From IMG/VR virus record IMGVR_UViG_3300017987_005501: a stretch of 64,000 bases of DNA. One strand, 5' to 3'. The stretch comes from a virus (lineage: Duplodnaviria > Caudoviricetes). The position numbers were made by a program, and so were the translations under genes. This document shows positions 16,826-27,674 of this stretch, piece after piece (the first letter of the stretch is position 1; each line of letters opens with the position of its first letter). The notes beneath the pieces are model-generated. The model was not told the DNA's origin. It was given only the letters and a program-made list of their open reading frames with translations, and ran no database searches.

Positions 16826-17413
16826 TTAGGCAAACTGGATTACAATTTTTGCTGGATCAATAGTTCCAGAAGGGTCGAAAACTGTAATAGTTGCTAAAAC
16901 AGTTTCGGGGACACTTTTAACCTTAAAGCTAGCCTTACCCTTTTTTAATTTTACCTTTAAGTTTGATAATTTACCACGGGAAGTTTCAATAATTAATTCT
17001 TCGTTATCGGAATCTTTTGCGCAGGGGTCCCCTCCAAGGAAAGATTTTTGGATATAGATGGTGGCTTCTGAAACGCCATTAGCAGGAATATCAGGATACC
17101 CATCATATGGTTGGACAGTATCCCGGGCATCGGTTGTCAAAATTAAAATGGGTTTTAGTTTTCTCTCAATCCCATTTCTAAGCTTATTAACCCTAAAATC
17201 CCCCTGTTTCTTCATTAATTCAAAGTTATCAGGAACAATCAAAAAGTCTGTTTTCTTCTTTGGGATCCCCCAATAAGCATAGCACTCTTTAGGCAAATTC
17301 GTTTTTTGCGGTTCGAGAGAATTCCCTTTTTGGTCTTGCATGCTAGAATGAAAGGCTATTATGTCGTGTCGTTTATATTTATCGTGATCCTCAGTTGCAA
17401 AAACAACTAACAT
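16826..17413 (-). CDS. Putative virion accessory protein with Big-1/invasin-like Ig domain
   Basis: C-terminal IPANGVSEATIYI...KGKASFKVKS pattern. Confidence 0.5.
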   Translation of the reverse strand: MLVVFATEDHDKYKRHDIIAFHSSMQDQKGNSLEPQKTNLPKECYAYWGIPKKKTDFLIVPDNFELMKKQGDFRVNKLRNGIERKLKPILILTTDARDTVQPYDGYPDIPANGVSEATIYIQKSFLGGDPCAKDSDNEELIIETSRGKLSNLKVKLKKGKASFKVKSVPETVLATITVFDPSGTIDPAKIVIQFA

Positions 17414-17424
17414 ATCTACATCTC

Positions 17425-18597
17425 CTATAGAGTTCCGCCGGATACTTCCGGACGGCTTATATCATATCCATCTTTCCAAATATAGGATGGATCGCTTGTT
17501 GGTATTGAATCCGGGCTAACAAAAGCTGTGGAATAATAATTTTGCCACCCAGCCTTTTTTAATAATACTTGGAAATTGAGGTAAGCTCTAAAATACGAAG
17601 GCTCTGTTTTTATATAGGAAGGAGACCTAAACCATAATATTCCTTGGTCATTTAACTCCCATACAAACCTTGAATCCAAAGTACCTGTGGCGAATGTAAA
17701 GTCAGGGATACCCCCAACTGCCCCAATAAGCCTTATATATGGTTTAGCCCCTAAAAAAGTACTTGAAAGGCCACTTAATAAAGTGCCATCGGGGAACTTA
17801 AAATTACTAACAGAAAGTCCTCTATATTCCCCGGTAACATCCGCAGAAGAAACCCCTAATGTAGTTCCTGACCATATATCAAAAGTACCGCTTACGCGGA
17901 ATAAAGTAAGGTTTGCTGGGACGCCGAGAACAACCTGAAAAATTCCAAATTCCACAGCATTATCTAATACGTACCCTTGTAGAAGAGGACCAAACCCCCC
18001 AGAGGCATCTATCTGGTTTGTTGCTTTAATGTTAGTCCCACTAATATTTCCGGAAACATTTACATTTGCTGCTGCATTTATATCGCCAGTAACATTTAAG
18101 GCTTTCGTAAGATTTAAGTTCGTAATAATATTTCCGTTAAATGAAACATCATCGTCGAAAATAGAGTGCCCTTCAAAAGTGGCCCCGTCTGAAAAAGTCG
18201 AATGGTCATTAACAGATAAGGCGCCACTAACATCTAAGTTTTGGCTAATTGTTGTCTTTCCAGTATAGTCAATCTTAAAACCAGTTGCATTGAATTGATC
18301 TGCTGCGGAATTATTAATAATTTCAACAACGGGGGCAGTAGCACTAATATTAGATCTCTCAACGACAAGAACTTTTCCGGTCCCAGTTCCTAGAAAATAA
18401 CCAGCTCTTCCGCTTCCTGCAGTTCTAACTTGAAGGCTATCTAGAGCCGAGGAGATGTTTGTTTTATCTATAATGAGGCCATTAGTATCCGGCGATCCCG
18501 TGTAATGCCCATTTGGGTTGGCATCCGTAATAGTGTCCCCACCATTATTCCGGACATAAAAGTCCCCCACTTGATCTCTTTGGACTGGTTGCACCAT
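17425..18597 (-). CDS. Putative tail fibre/spike protein (trimeric beta-helix repeats)
   Basis: Central short repeats VSGALSVND-HSTFSDG-ATFEG-HSIFDDD-VSFNGN...LNVTGDINAAANVNVSGNISG. Confidence 0.65.
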   Translation of the reverse strand: MVQPVQRDQVGDFYVRNNGGDTITDANPNGHYTGSPDTNGLIIDKTNISSALDSLQVRTAGSGRAGYFLGTGTGKVLVVERSNISATAPVVEIINNSAADQFNATGFKIDYTGKTTISQNLDVSGALSVNDHSTFSDGATFEGHSIFDDDVSFNGNIITNLNLTKALNVTGDINAAANVNVSGNISGTNIKATNQIDASGGFGPLLQGYVLDNAVEFGIFQVVLGVPANLTLFRVSGTFDIWSGTTLGVSSADVTGEYRGLSVSNFKFPDGTLLSGLSSTFLGAKPYIRLIGAVGGIPDFTFATGTLDSRFVWELNDQGILWFRSPSYIKTEPSYFRAYLNFQVLLKKAGWQNYYSTAFVSPDSIPTSDPSYIWKDGYDISRPEVSGGTL

Positions 18598-18609
18598 TTT
18601 ATATTTCCT

Positions 18610-19170
18610 TTAACCAAGCCTTTTCATGCTAAAAGTAACTGTACAAGCTACATCCAAGTCCCCCCCAGAGTCGTTAGATAGACCGAGGCTTAAAACTGTT
18701 GAAGCAGATATTTCTCTTACGAGCTTTAAGGACATAAAGAAAGGGTCAGCAGTCGGCGTAAGGACCCTTGTTAGTAGAGGGGTCCAAAGGCCGTCAGAAA
18801 TTGTATAAATTCCTATTGTATAATTTCCAGAATCTGGGGTAGATGCGTCATAAATATCAGCATAAATTTCATAAACACCTTGTCGCTGGACTTCAATATA
18901 TCCACTTTCGTCTGTTACAAGAGAGGCACCGTCGGCAGAAACATCGACTCCTTCGGCGACTACAACTTCAGAAGTACCGCCCCAGTCAGGAGCGCCGGTT
19001 GTCCCGCTGCCTGGAAAAGTTTGAAGCCCAGTATATTGGTTTGCCCAATACCCTCCCTGGGCTGTAGCAATTAAATCCCTTGTATCTTGCGCAGAAATAT
19101 TTCCTGAAGAATTATTTGCAAATAAACTTTCTAGTTCTGACCGGGTTCTTTCGTTTTCTGTCGTTCCCAT
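18610..19170 (-). CDS. Putative fibre protein with C1q/TNF/BclA-C-like trimeric head
   Basis: N-terminal LFANNSSGNISAQDTRDLI, C-terminal SGYIEVQRQGVYEIYADI beta-sandwich pattern. Confidence 0.55.
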   Translation of the reverse strand: MGTTENERTRSELESLFANNSSGNISAQDTRDLIATAQGGYWANQYTGLQTFPGSGTTGAPDWGGTSEVVVAEGVDVSADGASLVTDESGYIEVQRQGVYEIYADIYDASTPDSGNYTIGIYTISDGLWTPLLTRVLTPTADPFFMSLKLVREISASTVLSLGLSNDSGGDLDVACTVTFSMKRLG

Positions 19171-19185
19171 ATTTATTTATCCTTT

Positions 19186-22100
19186 TTAACTAAAAGCAGA
19201 ACTAAAGGAAGAGCCGAATGATCCTGTTATGGTTCCCCCTGATCCTGTTCCTGCAGAAGAATCAAATATTCTGATAGGAATTGGCAATCCTAATTCATCG
19301 TCTTCGTAATTTGCGTAAGCATAACAATATACACCGCTTACATTATACATATCCGCCCTAACGCCTAACAAAGAAGCATCCCCAATAGTATACTTAATTG
19401 GGTAAACCTGGAAATTATATGCTCCAGAAACCATGCTATAAGTGAATTCCCTTCTGAAAACTTCGTCGTGGTGTGAAGGGAATAAGGTATTGGGTTGTTC
19501 TAAGACAGGTTTTCTTAGAGCTAACGTAAACGGACTTGTCCCGGAACTAAGATAAAATGACCCTGACCCAAACCTAGTGCCAGAGAAGTAAAGGTTAGTC
19601 TTATTATTTAGCCAATCAATTTCAACATGCATTAAAGTTCTATTTAAGTTATAATCAATATCCACCGGTCTAAAGATTCCCATCCAATCAGAATGATTTG
19701 CAAGATAAGAGGAAGACCCGGGATCCCCATAGTCCGAACAATATAGCATTACCCAATTTCTATTATGAATCCCACCCCCACTTCCTAAGGATGGGTCTGC
19801 TATAATACTAGCTGTGTTTGAAATCCCTGATTTCGTCATTCTCTCGATATTTGTTGGAATTACATCGCTACCGGCACTATTAAAAGTTGCTACGAAGCCC
19901 CGAGGGATGCTTGATAAGGCTCCACCGCCATTATCCGCTACGGATAACCCAGAAGGCCCCCCTTGCCCAGCTAAGGCAGGAACATTAAATTCAAGCGTTG
20001 GAGAAGGGCTTAAAGGATTTATTGTTAAAGCAGCACTTGAGTAAAATATGGAATTACCGCTGGCAGGTATAAAAGTAGTGAGCGGTTCTTTTGTTTCGCT
20101 ATCTCTACCATCAAAGGTATGCCTAATATCTAAAATAACTGTAGTTGTTCCATTAGCAGCACCCGAAGCCGAATTTATAAAATCCTCATCAATAAAATAT
20201 TCTTGAGCTGTAATGATTGTTTTATTTTGTTTTAGGTCCCTAGTGATATTAACCTTTGAGGTGTCTAGGTTATACCGAATTTCCCCCCGATTTCTGCCAT
20301 ATAAGGTACTAAGATAATCTGCAGAATGAAGGAAATAATCTTTGGTAAAGAATCTAGCAGTTGCCTCCCTTTGCCAATCCCCATTCCAAATCCTATTGCA
20401 TGTCCAATCTTCGTCATAATAATCAAATAGATAGAAACGTGGCCAAGTTGGATTAAATGGCAAGACATTTGCAGCCCCAACCACTATTGGGTTTGCGCTT
20501 CCAAAATTTCGATCATCAAGCGACCCGCCACTGCTAGCGAAAGTGTCCGACCAACGAACTTCACTTAGTGTTGGAACAATATCCTTTCTGTCCGTATTAC
20601 TTCTAATTGCTAATTGATATCCAGAAGAAGCAAAGTTAGACCCAGAAGCATGCCTTTGGAAGTTTTTAGAGGATAAACTAAAAGAATCATTAGTTAATAA
20701 GTAGGTCTTGTTACTAACCAAGTCAACGCGAATAGCGGGATCATATAATCCTATAATTCCCGCAGAACTCCAAGGATGACGATATCCTGAATTCTGGAAA
20801 GCAAAAGCAACTGTTCTTTGAATATGAGGTAATATATGAGGAATAAATTCATACCCCATCCAATCTTCTCTATGATTCGCATACATTCGAACAATCGGGC
20901 CCTCAGCCCAAGGAGGATATGCATATCCTCGCGAATCCGTGGAGAAGGGAGAGAAGTAAGGCATAATCTGGCTTCTGTCCTCCGCAGGAACCACTCCCGA
21001 AAAACGGGTGATTGGAGAATAATATGCATGATTCGGGTCGTAAGGAAGCATAGTCCCAGACCCAATAATCATCGCTTTTTTAAGTTCAAGCGGATGATTA
21101 AACGTATCCCTCCAAACTTCTGCAGTATCTGGGGTAACCCCCGAATTTGCATCAAGTAGAAGATGCCGCAAACTTAAGTCTAGGGGATAGGCCCCTGGGT
21201 AATACCCAGAAGCACCTGATACTTTATAACGACCAAATCCACTTGCAGTCGAATGTAAATAGGTATGGTTATTCCAAAGGTCAATTGTTATGCCAGTATT
21301 TCTAACATCAATAATATCTCTAACAGTACTGGCCTTTCCAATAAAGGTAGAACCACTTACCGCGGCCCGCAATAGCGGGACAAAGGTCCCCAAACTACTT
21401 TGGGTTATATTGCAATCATAAGATGGGTTATTAATAGCTGTGATATAAACAAACCCATGAGACCGAGTGCTAAATCCGGGGTAATACCTTTGAGAAGCAG
21501 GCACGAATCTAAAAAGCTTAGCATTTCCTAGATGAAAGTCTTTTCCATTTAGGATATTTCCATTAGTAAAGGTAAAACGCTTATTTTCAACGTAGTCGTA
21601 TGTTAAGCCAGTCTTATCAGGGGAAGAGAAAACAAAGGTTTGAGGGAATGTTCCTCCCCAAGTTCCAAAGGAGCTTCTAATCCTTGATTCGTTCCCGGGA
21701 AGATCAATATCAACTGAAACAAGAGCCACGTTAGTGTTAGGTACAGTAGAGACTGAAATGAAATCTTGTGGGAACGTTGGGCCATAAGTTATATCCTTTG
21801 GAGCTGTTACATAAGCACTGCAAGGATTATACATTAAAGCCTGATAATATCTTCCTGGGGTAAATGTAAAGTCGGGAAGTCTCCATGTGGTGCAATTTAC
21901 ACTATCGGGCTCTTCACAAACTTTCGCAAATACTACTTGTTGATAACCCGTGTCTGGGGTTGTCTCAACAACATAGAAAGAAATTGGGCTTGAAATTAAA
22001 GGATGAAGCAACCTACCAATATAAATTAGGCAATCTCCATTATGCCCCCGGTAGAAAGTAATTTGATCTGTTCTTAGAGGCTCTATATTTTTTATATCCC

Positions 22101-22755
22101 CCAAGATCGATGGAATATTATTCTCAGCAAATTTTGGAGGAGAAGTTGGTAAAGTTAAGCTTGTTAGATAATTAAGTAATGCTGGTTGACCCCTTTTTTC
22201 AGAAAGTAAATGAACCAAAGGTTTATTTGACTCTAGAAAGTGATTCCCCAGAATATTTTCTGAAACAGGATAGGTAATAATTGGTTCGTTACTTGTTTGT
22301 GCCCCAATTGTTATATCTACCGGAGACTCAGGAACACAGTCACAAGGCCAATCCAATCCTTTAAGATAAACAGGATCAAAATTTCCAACGAGAGGAATAT
22401 TATCATCGCTGATGAATGGGAGATACCAGGGCCAACAAGATACTGTTTTAATAGTCCCTTCAGAGTTGCTTACCTCTACGAGGACAGGAAGATCCTTAGA
22501 ATTCCTAAAGAAATCAAGAGAAACCCCATCCCAAAATTTTGGATTGGGTAAGTAGGCAGAAGGTAATGTTGATCCCGAAGCTACTGGGAATACCTGGGCA
22601 TTCACATCATCTAAATCAGAGTAAACTGCTTGAACATACTCATTATTTAGGGTATTTGTTATTTTAACAGTAAGCGGGGTACTTCCCGTAAACGTATTAG
22701 GGGGTACGTATAGTTTAAAAAACTTGCTTAATGATAATTGTTCTTGCGTAGCCAT
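19186..22755 (-). CDS. Large putative virion structural / receptor-binding protein, Ser-Gly rich
   Basis: 1189 aa, beta-rich S/T/G/P composition, within the fibre cluster. Confidence 0.65.
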   Translation of the reverse strand: MATQEQLSLSKFFKLYVPPNTFTGSTPLTVKITNTLNNEYVQAVYSDLDDVNAQVFPVASGSTLPSAYLPNPKFWDGVSLDFFRNSKDLPVLVEVSNSEGTIKTVSCWPWYLPFISDDNIPLVGNFDPVYLKGLDWPCDCVPESPVDITIGAQTSNEPIITYPVSENILGNHFLESNKPLVHLLSEKRGQPALLNYLTSLTLPTSPPKFAENNIPSILGDIKNIEPLRTDQITFYRGHNGDCLIYIGRLLHPLISSPISFYVVETTPDTGYQQVVFAKVCEEPDSVNCTTWRLPDFTFTPGRYYQALMYNPCSAYVTAPKDITYGPTFPQDFISVSTVPNTNVALVSVDIDLPGNESRIRSSFGTWGGTFPQTFVFSSPDKTGLTYDYVENKRFTFTNGNILNGKDFHLGNAKLFRFVPASQRYYPGFSTRSHGFVYITAINNPSYDCNITQSSLGTFVPLLRAAVSGSTFIGKASTVRDIIDVRNTGITIDLWNNHTYLHSTASGFGRYKVSGASGYYPGAYPLDLSLRHLLLDANSGVTPDTAEVWRDTFNHPLELKKAMIIGSGTMLPYDPNHAYYSPITRFSGVVPAEDRSQIMPYFSPFSTDSRGYAYPPWAEGPIVRMYANHREDWMGYEFIPHILPHIQRTVAFAFQNSGYRHPWSSAGIIGLYDPAIRVDLVSNKTYLLTNDSFSLSSKNFQRHASGSNFASSGYQLAIRSNTDRKDIVPTLSEVRWSDTFASSGGSLDDRNFGSANPIVVGAANVLPFNPTWPRFYLFDYYDEDWTCNRIWNGDWQREATARFFTKDYFLHSADYLSTLYGRNRGEIRYNLDTSKVNITRDLKQNKTIITAQEYFIDEDFINSASGAANGTTTVILDIRHTFDGRDSETKEPLTTFIPASGNSIFYSSAALTINPLSPSPTLEFNVPALAGQGGPSGLSVADNGGGALSSIPRGFVATFNSAGSDVIPTNIERMTKSGISNTASIIADPSLGSGGGIHNRNWVMLYCSDYGDPGSSSYLANHSDWMGIFRPVDIDYNLNRTLMHVEIDWLNNKTNLYFSGTRFGSGSFYLSSGTSPFTLALRKPVLEQPNTLFPSHHDEVFRREFTYSMVSGAYNFQVYPIKYTIGDASLLGVRADMYNVSGVYCYAYANYEDDELGLPIPIRIFDSSAGTGSGGTITGSFGSSFSSAFS

Positions 22756-22768
22756 TTAAATAAAACTC

Positions 22769-23557
22769 CTAGGGATATATATCGTTATCTCTATACCCGG
22801 CTAACTCGACCGTTTTTAATTTTAATAATTTTTGATTAACTGTCCCCTTATCTACATATAGTCTAATAGTTGCTTCACTTCCCCAAAGAGGGAATCTTGC
22901 TCCGGAGCCTAAAAGGTAGGAATAACTTACAGACTCTGATGCGGGTAAATAAGTTCCCATTGGAATAGAAATTCCGGCGGGAATCGGCTGAATCCCAACA
23001 TATAAATATGAAAAATTTTCATTTAATGTATTTTTTAATCCACCAACACTTGCGTTATCTGGATTCTTCGCATTCCTAATAATATCATAAGTATAGAAAT
23101 ATTGCGAAGATGTTACCCGCCCTTCCTTATCTTCAGTCTTTTCGTTTGTAATTAAGACCTCTGCCGTTATATCGCTAAATGTTGTTATTTCCCCTAAAGT
23201 GATTAAACCGCAATAAGGATAATATTTATCTAGGACTACAAAGGAAGTATCGACATAGTTGTTCGTAGATTTATTAATAGGGTTTCTAATATTATCATCT
23301 AAGATTCGTGCCCCCGAGTCCCGAACAACTTTTGTAAACATAATCCCACTTGCTAGTGGAACAGCATTTCCAGTGAGGTCCCCGGGATATGGCAATACGA
23401 CTGACTGGTACCATCCAACAAAAGTCCCTGGCGGATCTTGGTGATTTAAGATTGGGGAATCAGCAGGGCCATAAAAAGAAGAGGAAAAGCCAGGCTGATC
23501 GCCCCCTGTAAATATAATTCCACCGCTAACTGGTGGGATTGCCCATTTTAGTGCCAT
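22769..23557 (-). CDS. Putative virion structural protein
   Basis: 262 aa beta-rich ORF in the fibre cluster; AAAGGA SD. Confidence 0.6.
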   Translation of the reverse strand: MALKWAIPPVSGGIIFTGGDQPGFSSSFYGPADSPILNHQDPPGTFVGWYQSVVLPYPGDLTGNAVPLASGIMFTKVVRDSGARILDDNIRNPINKSTNNYVDTSFVVLDKYYPYCGLITLGEITTFSDITAEVLITNEKTEDKEGRVTSSQYFYTYDIIRNAKNPDNASVGGLKNTLNENFSYLYVGIQPIPAGISIPMGTYLPASESVSYSYLLGSGARFPLWGSEATIRLYVDKGTVNQKLLKLKTVELAGYRDNDIYP

Positions 23558-23570
23558 TTTTATCCTTTAT

Positions 23571-26500
23571 TTATGTCCAAGAGGGCCCAGTATTATAAAC
23601 TGTTACAGCTCCCCATTTTGCTGATCTTCTCGTTCTTGAAAAAGTCTTAGAATCGCTATAAAATTTAACATCCCACATATCTCCATCAACTTCAGCGTAT
23701 GGAGGGGTTAAGCTTGCGTAGGCAGGAATATCAACTCTAACAATATTATCAGAAATATATGTTAAACCACTTAATGAAGTTTCCCCGCCAGCCCCCGCAA
23801 AAGCAATATCTGTTACTGTTGGGCCATAAACTTGGAAATGTGCATATCCTCCAGCAGAGACTTGGTCCTCCCACATCTTATACGCTCTTGGAGGAACGCT
23901 ATTCAAACTTGGTCTTAAACTATTAATTGTTTGAAGAGTTGCTGGGTCTAACGTTGCGTATTCAACTCTAATTGGGTTTCCAGAATAGACCGCCACATTA
24001 TCGGATCTTCTGCGAACAACAAGTTTATAAAGTCCTGCCGTAATATTTGTATTCAATGTTGGGGTAGACATAACCTTTGGGGCCTTTGGATTAACATTTT
24101 TAGTTGATATTAATGTCGGCGTTAAATTATAATTTACTATTGGGTCAGTATACCCATTATTGCTAGTGTTGTTATTAGGGTCCCCAAAACCAGGCGATGT
24201 CTGTGTCCCTGGCTTAAAGAAATTAGGGTCTAATAATTGCGTATTTATGGGAGCATCGGGATCATCTTCTAAAGAAATATTTGATGCTGAGGAGTCTGAG
24301 TCGAAATCAAAACCATCATTATCATAAACAATTATATTATCTGCATCATTTGTCTCATTATTTCCATCATTACTACCCAGAGAATCTGGGAGGGAGAAGA
24401 GATCATCAAGTCCTTGTTCCTCCAAAAATTCCTTAAACTCTTCTAAGGATATCCCTGTTCCACTAAATTGTAACCACAAATTTTGGGATACAATCATCGG
24501 TCCGCCATGGAAACATAAGAGACATCTCATTGCTCCATTTGCAGTTTGGTAATAATTATTCCCAAGGGAGTCGGCAATTAACCAAAGGTTTCTAGTTCTT
24601 TCGTATGATATTTCTAATTCTGAAGGTTGGAGCTCCCGAAGAGGAAATTCCCCAAAACCTACTGGAACGTTAGGCATTGGGACTACAGAACTGCCTTGTC
24701 CCTGTTGTATTGCCCAAACAGGAATATTTTCCGAGCCAGTACCACTGGTACCCGGGTAAGTTACTGTCGCGCTTTGAGGAGGGTTTCCACCCGAATCGGC
24801 TTCTATTGGTAATCTTCCACCGGCTACTCTTCCTATATTTCTTGCTGCTGGCGGCTCGGGTAAACCCAAACCAACAACGGCTTCAGTAGAATCTCTATTT
24901 GGAGTTCCTAGCGGTGGCCTAGAGTTAATATCAGAGAAGTTTGTTTCGGCAGGGCTAGGAACTTCAACATATCCTGGATCCCACATAATATCATTTCTAA
25001 ATAAATCTGGGTCAATTGGAGTCCTACTATTGCTAATATTATCATAGTTTCGATAAGGATTCCGCCCAATTGAAAGAACCCCTCCCGTTGGCTGCGGCCG
25101 ATCAAAAAGAATAGCCGTATAGATATCAGTATATCTTTCGGATAGTAGATTTGAAGTCCTGTACCCTATATCATACCTTATTCTAGTTGCGGACCCGGGT
25201 ACAGGTAATAACGAGGCTATTGGGAATCTAACGCGGCCTCCTGCATAAACAGATGAATCCGTAAATGTTATTTGCAAGTATAGATCCACTGCAGTGCCTG
25301 CCAAGATGGCAGCAATTGCCGGAGGAATATTTGCATCAAACTTAACAACCTTTTCCCCACGCTTCCCAAAAATCTTTGTAAGCAACTCGTCTTCCCCAGA
25401 AGGGACAACAGCAGCATCTATTGTATCTGTTGCATTTTGAATGTCATGATAAATTAAATCGTACTGAGAAATATTAGTTTCGTCTTCTGGGACTGGCGCT
25501 GGGAGGGTCAAAGTAACCCCAGTATAGTTATCTTTATTAACTAAAATCCCTAATTTGTTAAAGGAACTCGGCATTGGGGGTGGAAAAGTCTCAATGCTGC
25601 CGGAAGGCGTAATATTTAATCCCGGAATCCTGTATTCAGCGTGTGGCGCAACTATATTACCAGTTCTTTGTTCAACTTCGAAAGGCATTGATGGTCCAGA
25701 TTCCACCTTAAAGGGATACCATGGATAATTAACCATAATTCCTTCATCTTCCAGCCCGCGCAAAATCTCATCCACTTGTTCTGTTGGAGACGGAATCCAG
25801 TCAACAGGGGCACCGTAGGTGTCAACAATATCATAAGGAGGGATACGGCGACCTAAAGTTCCATCTGGCAAATTAGAATTTTCTCGACTAGAACTAGCTC
25901 CTTGGAAATGTGGATACGTTGGGGTAAAGTTTGTTTCAGGGCTTGCCCCTTCAATAATATTAGGATCGAATCCTTCTGGATCAATATATTCCCCTGGGTC
26001 TGCTGCTGTGGGGACAGCCGACACTGGATACATAATAGTAGGGTCTACGTTGCCAGTAGAAGTCCCATTTAGAGGAACGGTATCGAGATTACCAATAATA
26101 TTAGGGTTGTTAGAAACGGTTATTCCCTGAATAAGATCTCTAAAAGTTTCATTATCAATTTGCCCCGATCTGAAAGCTGGGCGTGCTAGCCTAAACCCAT
26201 CGTCCCCCGCGCCTCCATCAGCAGCACCGCCTCCAGCACCCCCACCTCCAGTACCCCCACCAGGAACGGGCCCACCAGGATTGCCAGGAATTCCCCTTCC
26301 AGGGACTGGACCAGGAATAATTGGGGGTTCATCGTCCCCATCAAAATCGTTCTCTGGATAGGGCTTCCCACTAAATATAGGGGTATAAGTATATGGATAG
26401 TCCACTTGTGGGTAGGGTCTTAAAACATCTGCGCAAGTAATACAGCAACAGCAGTTTACGTCATTCCTATGATATGGTAGTAACCCAAGTACCTCTCCAT

Positions 26501-27665
26501 CAATAGGACTAGTGTATAAGAATCTATTCCCCGGAGGGTAGGCACAAAAATCTTCTCTAAAGCTTGGGGGAATTAGTAAATTAGTTATCGTTCCAGGAGT
26601 AGCTTCAAGCTGGTAGTCGCTGAAAGTAACTTCATCGTTATGGAACAAGTTCGTAATAATACTTCCATTATTATTTCCTGGCTCGAGCCCATAAACAACA
26701 ATCTGAAGAAGATGTGTATCTGTATCATCTCCGGGGTTAGTAACAGTAAAAGTTAAATTAGCTTTAAGGTGTTCCAAGGATGGCCCAGCAACTTGTGCGC
26801 CGTCTAAATATACTTCAACCCAACTATTAAGCTGAGTAACTGCTACCAAATCTTGTATTGAAGCTACACCCGAAGATAAGACTCTAAAACGAGTCGAGAA
26901 AACTGCGTCATATCGATGGGATCCCGTATATAAGGAATTAATAAAAATAGACCCACCAACAGTTGGAATAGAAAATCTTCTTGCAACGCCTCCAGAAGCA
27001 TAGATTGGTTTTGTTAGGGCAGACGGAGCCAAATTTAAAGGACCCGATCTTCTTCCTACAATATTTTCGCTGTAGAACTGAACTGTCCATTGTGCAGGGG
27101 ACTCAACGTTGGATGGTTTGTCTAAAAGACTGTCCCAGCTATGAACGTGGAGGGAGTCTGCCCGTTGAGGAAGTTCCGAATAATTTGTCAAAATTGTCCC
27201 GTTTATCATATTATAAACAGGGCCACTACGAGCAGAAAGGGTTCTTCTCTCGGTCTCCGTTAATACTGTATCGTAAAAAACCTTTGCGTGGTTTATCGTC
27301 TGAACTGAATCGTAATTTTTATGTAAAATTTTACCATTATCAGTGTAAATCTCTAGCCTATAACCAGAAGCAGTCGCATACCCACCTTTAAGGTCTATTT
27401 GATCCCCAAGAGTTGGAGAAATCCCGTAAGTAAGTTGTAAAAGGGGGCCGCCTTGGTGTAAAGTAGGATCATTAGTGAGAGTCTTTTTTAACTCTAATGT
27501 TGGATGAATTTCTGGGGCGCAATCATCCATGACATCGAAAGTGTTATAAACAAAATCGTTGTTGATTTGATCCGCTTTTATAGCTCCGCTAGCTCTTTTC
27601 CGAGGATGAGCATCGGGAGGGTAGTTTTGATGGCTTCCAGATGGAATTGGGTCACATCCAGGCAT
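23571..27665 (-). CDS. Large putative virion protein (PA14-like beta-sandwich, CCCC motif, Gly/Pro linker, C-terminal IPT/TIG-like)
   Basis: 1364 aa; WVEVYLDG...THLLQIVVY, NCCCCITC, PGPVPGRGIPGNPGGPVPGGGTGGGGAGGG. Confidence 0.65.
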   Translation of the reverse strand: MPGCDPIPSGSHQNYPPDAHPRKRASGAIKADQINNDFVYNTFDVMDDCAPEIHPTLELKKTLTNDPTLHQGGPLLQLTYGISPTLGDQIDLKGGYATASGYRLEIYTDNGKILHKNYDSVQTINHAKVFYDTVLTETERRTLSARSGPVYNMINGTILTNYSELPQRADSLHVHSWDSLLDKPSNVESPAQWTVQFYSENIVGRRSGPLNLAPSALTKPIYASGGVARRFSIPTVGGSIFINSLYTGSHRYDAVFSTRFRVLSSGVASIQDLVAVTQLNSWVEVYLDGAQVAGPSLEHLKANLTFTVTNPGDDTDTHLLQIVVYGLEPGNNNGSIITNLFHNDEVTFSDYQLEATPGTITNLLIPPSFREDFCAYPPGNRFLYTSPIDGEVLGLLPYHRNDVNCCCCITCADVLRPYPQVDYPYTYTPIFSGKPYPENDFDGDDEPPIIPGPVPGRGIPGNPGGPVPGGGTGGGGAGGGAADGGAGDDGFRLARPAFRSGQIDNETFRDLIQGITVSNNPNIIGNLDTVPLNGTSTGNVDPTIMYPVSAVPTAADPGEYIDPEGFDPNIIEGASPETNFTPTYPHFQGASSSRENSNLPDGTLGRRIPPYDIVDTYGAPVDWIPSPTEQVDEILRGLEDEGIMVNYPWYPFKVESGPSMPFEVEQRTGNIVAPHAEYRIPGLNITPSGSIETFPPPMPSSFNKLGILVNKDNYTGVTLTLPAPVPEDETNISQYDLIYHDIQNATDTIDAAVVPSGEDELLTKIFGKRGEKVVKFDANIPPAIAAILAGTAVDLYLQITFTDSSVYAGGRVRFPIASLLPVPGSATRIRYDIGYRTSNLLSERYTDIYTAILFDRPQPTGGVLSIGRNPYRNYDNISNSRTPIDPDLFRNDIMWDPGYVEVPSPAETNFSDINSRPPLGTPNRDSTEAVVGLGLPEPPAARNIGRVAGGRLPIEADSGGNPPQSATVTYPGTSGTGSENIPVWAIQQGQGSSVVPMPNVPVGFGEFPLRELQPSELEISYERTRNLWLIADSLGNNYYQTANGAMRCLLCFHGGPMIVSQNLWLQFSGTGISLEEFKEFLEEQGLDDLFSLPDSLGSNDGNNETNDADNIIVYDNDGFDFDSDSSASNISLEDDPDAPINTQLLDPNFFKPGTQTSPGFGDPNNNTSNNGYTDPIVNYNLTPTLISTKNVNPKAPKVMSTPTLNTNITAGLYKLVVRRRSDNVAVYSGNPIRVEYATLDPATLQTINSLRPSLNSVPPRAYKMWEDQVSAGGYAHFQVYGPTVTDIAFAGAGGETSLSGLTYISDNIVRVDIPAYASLTPPYAEVDGDMWDVKFYSDSKTFSRTRRSAKWGAVTVYNTGPSWT

Positions 27666-27674
27666 TTACTTCTC

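Noticed and set aside
26260-26330. Collagen-like repeat
   Set aside because: Only about three G-X-Y triplets, too short for a triple helix; treated as a linker.
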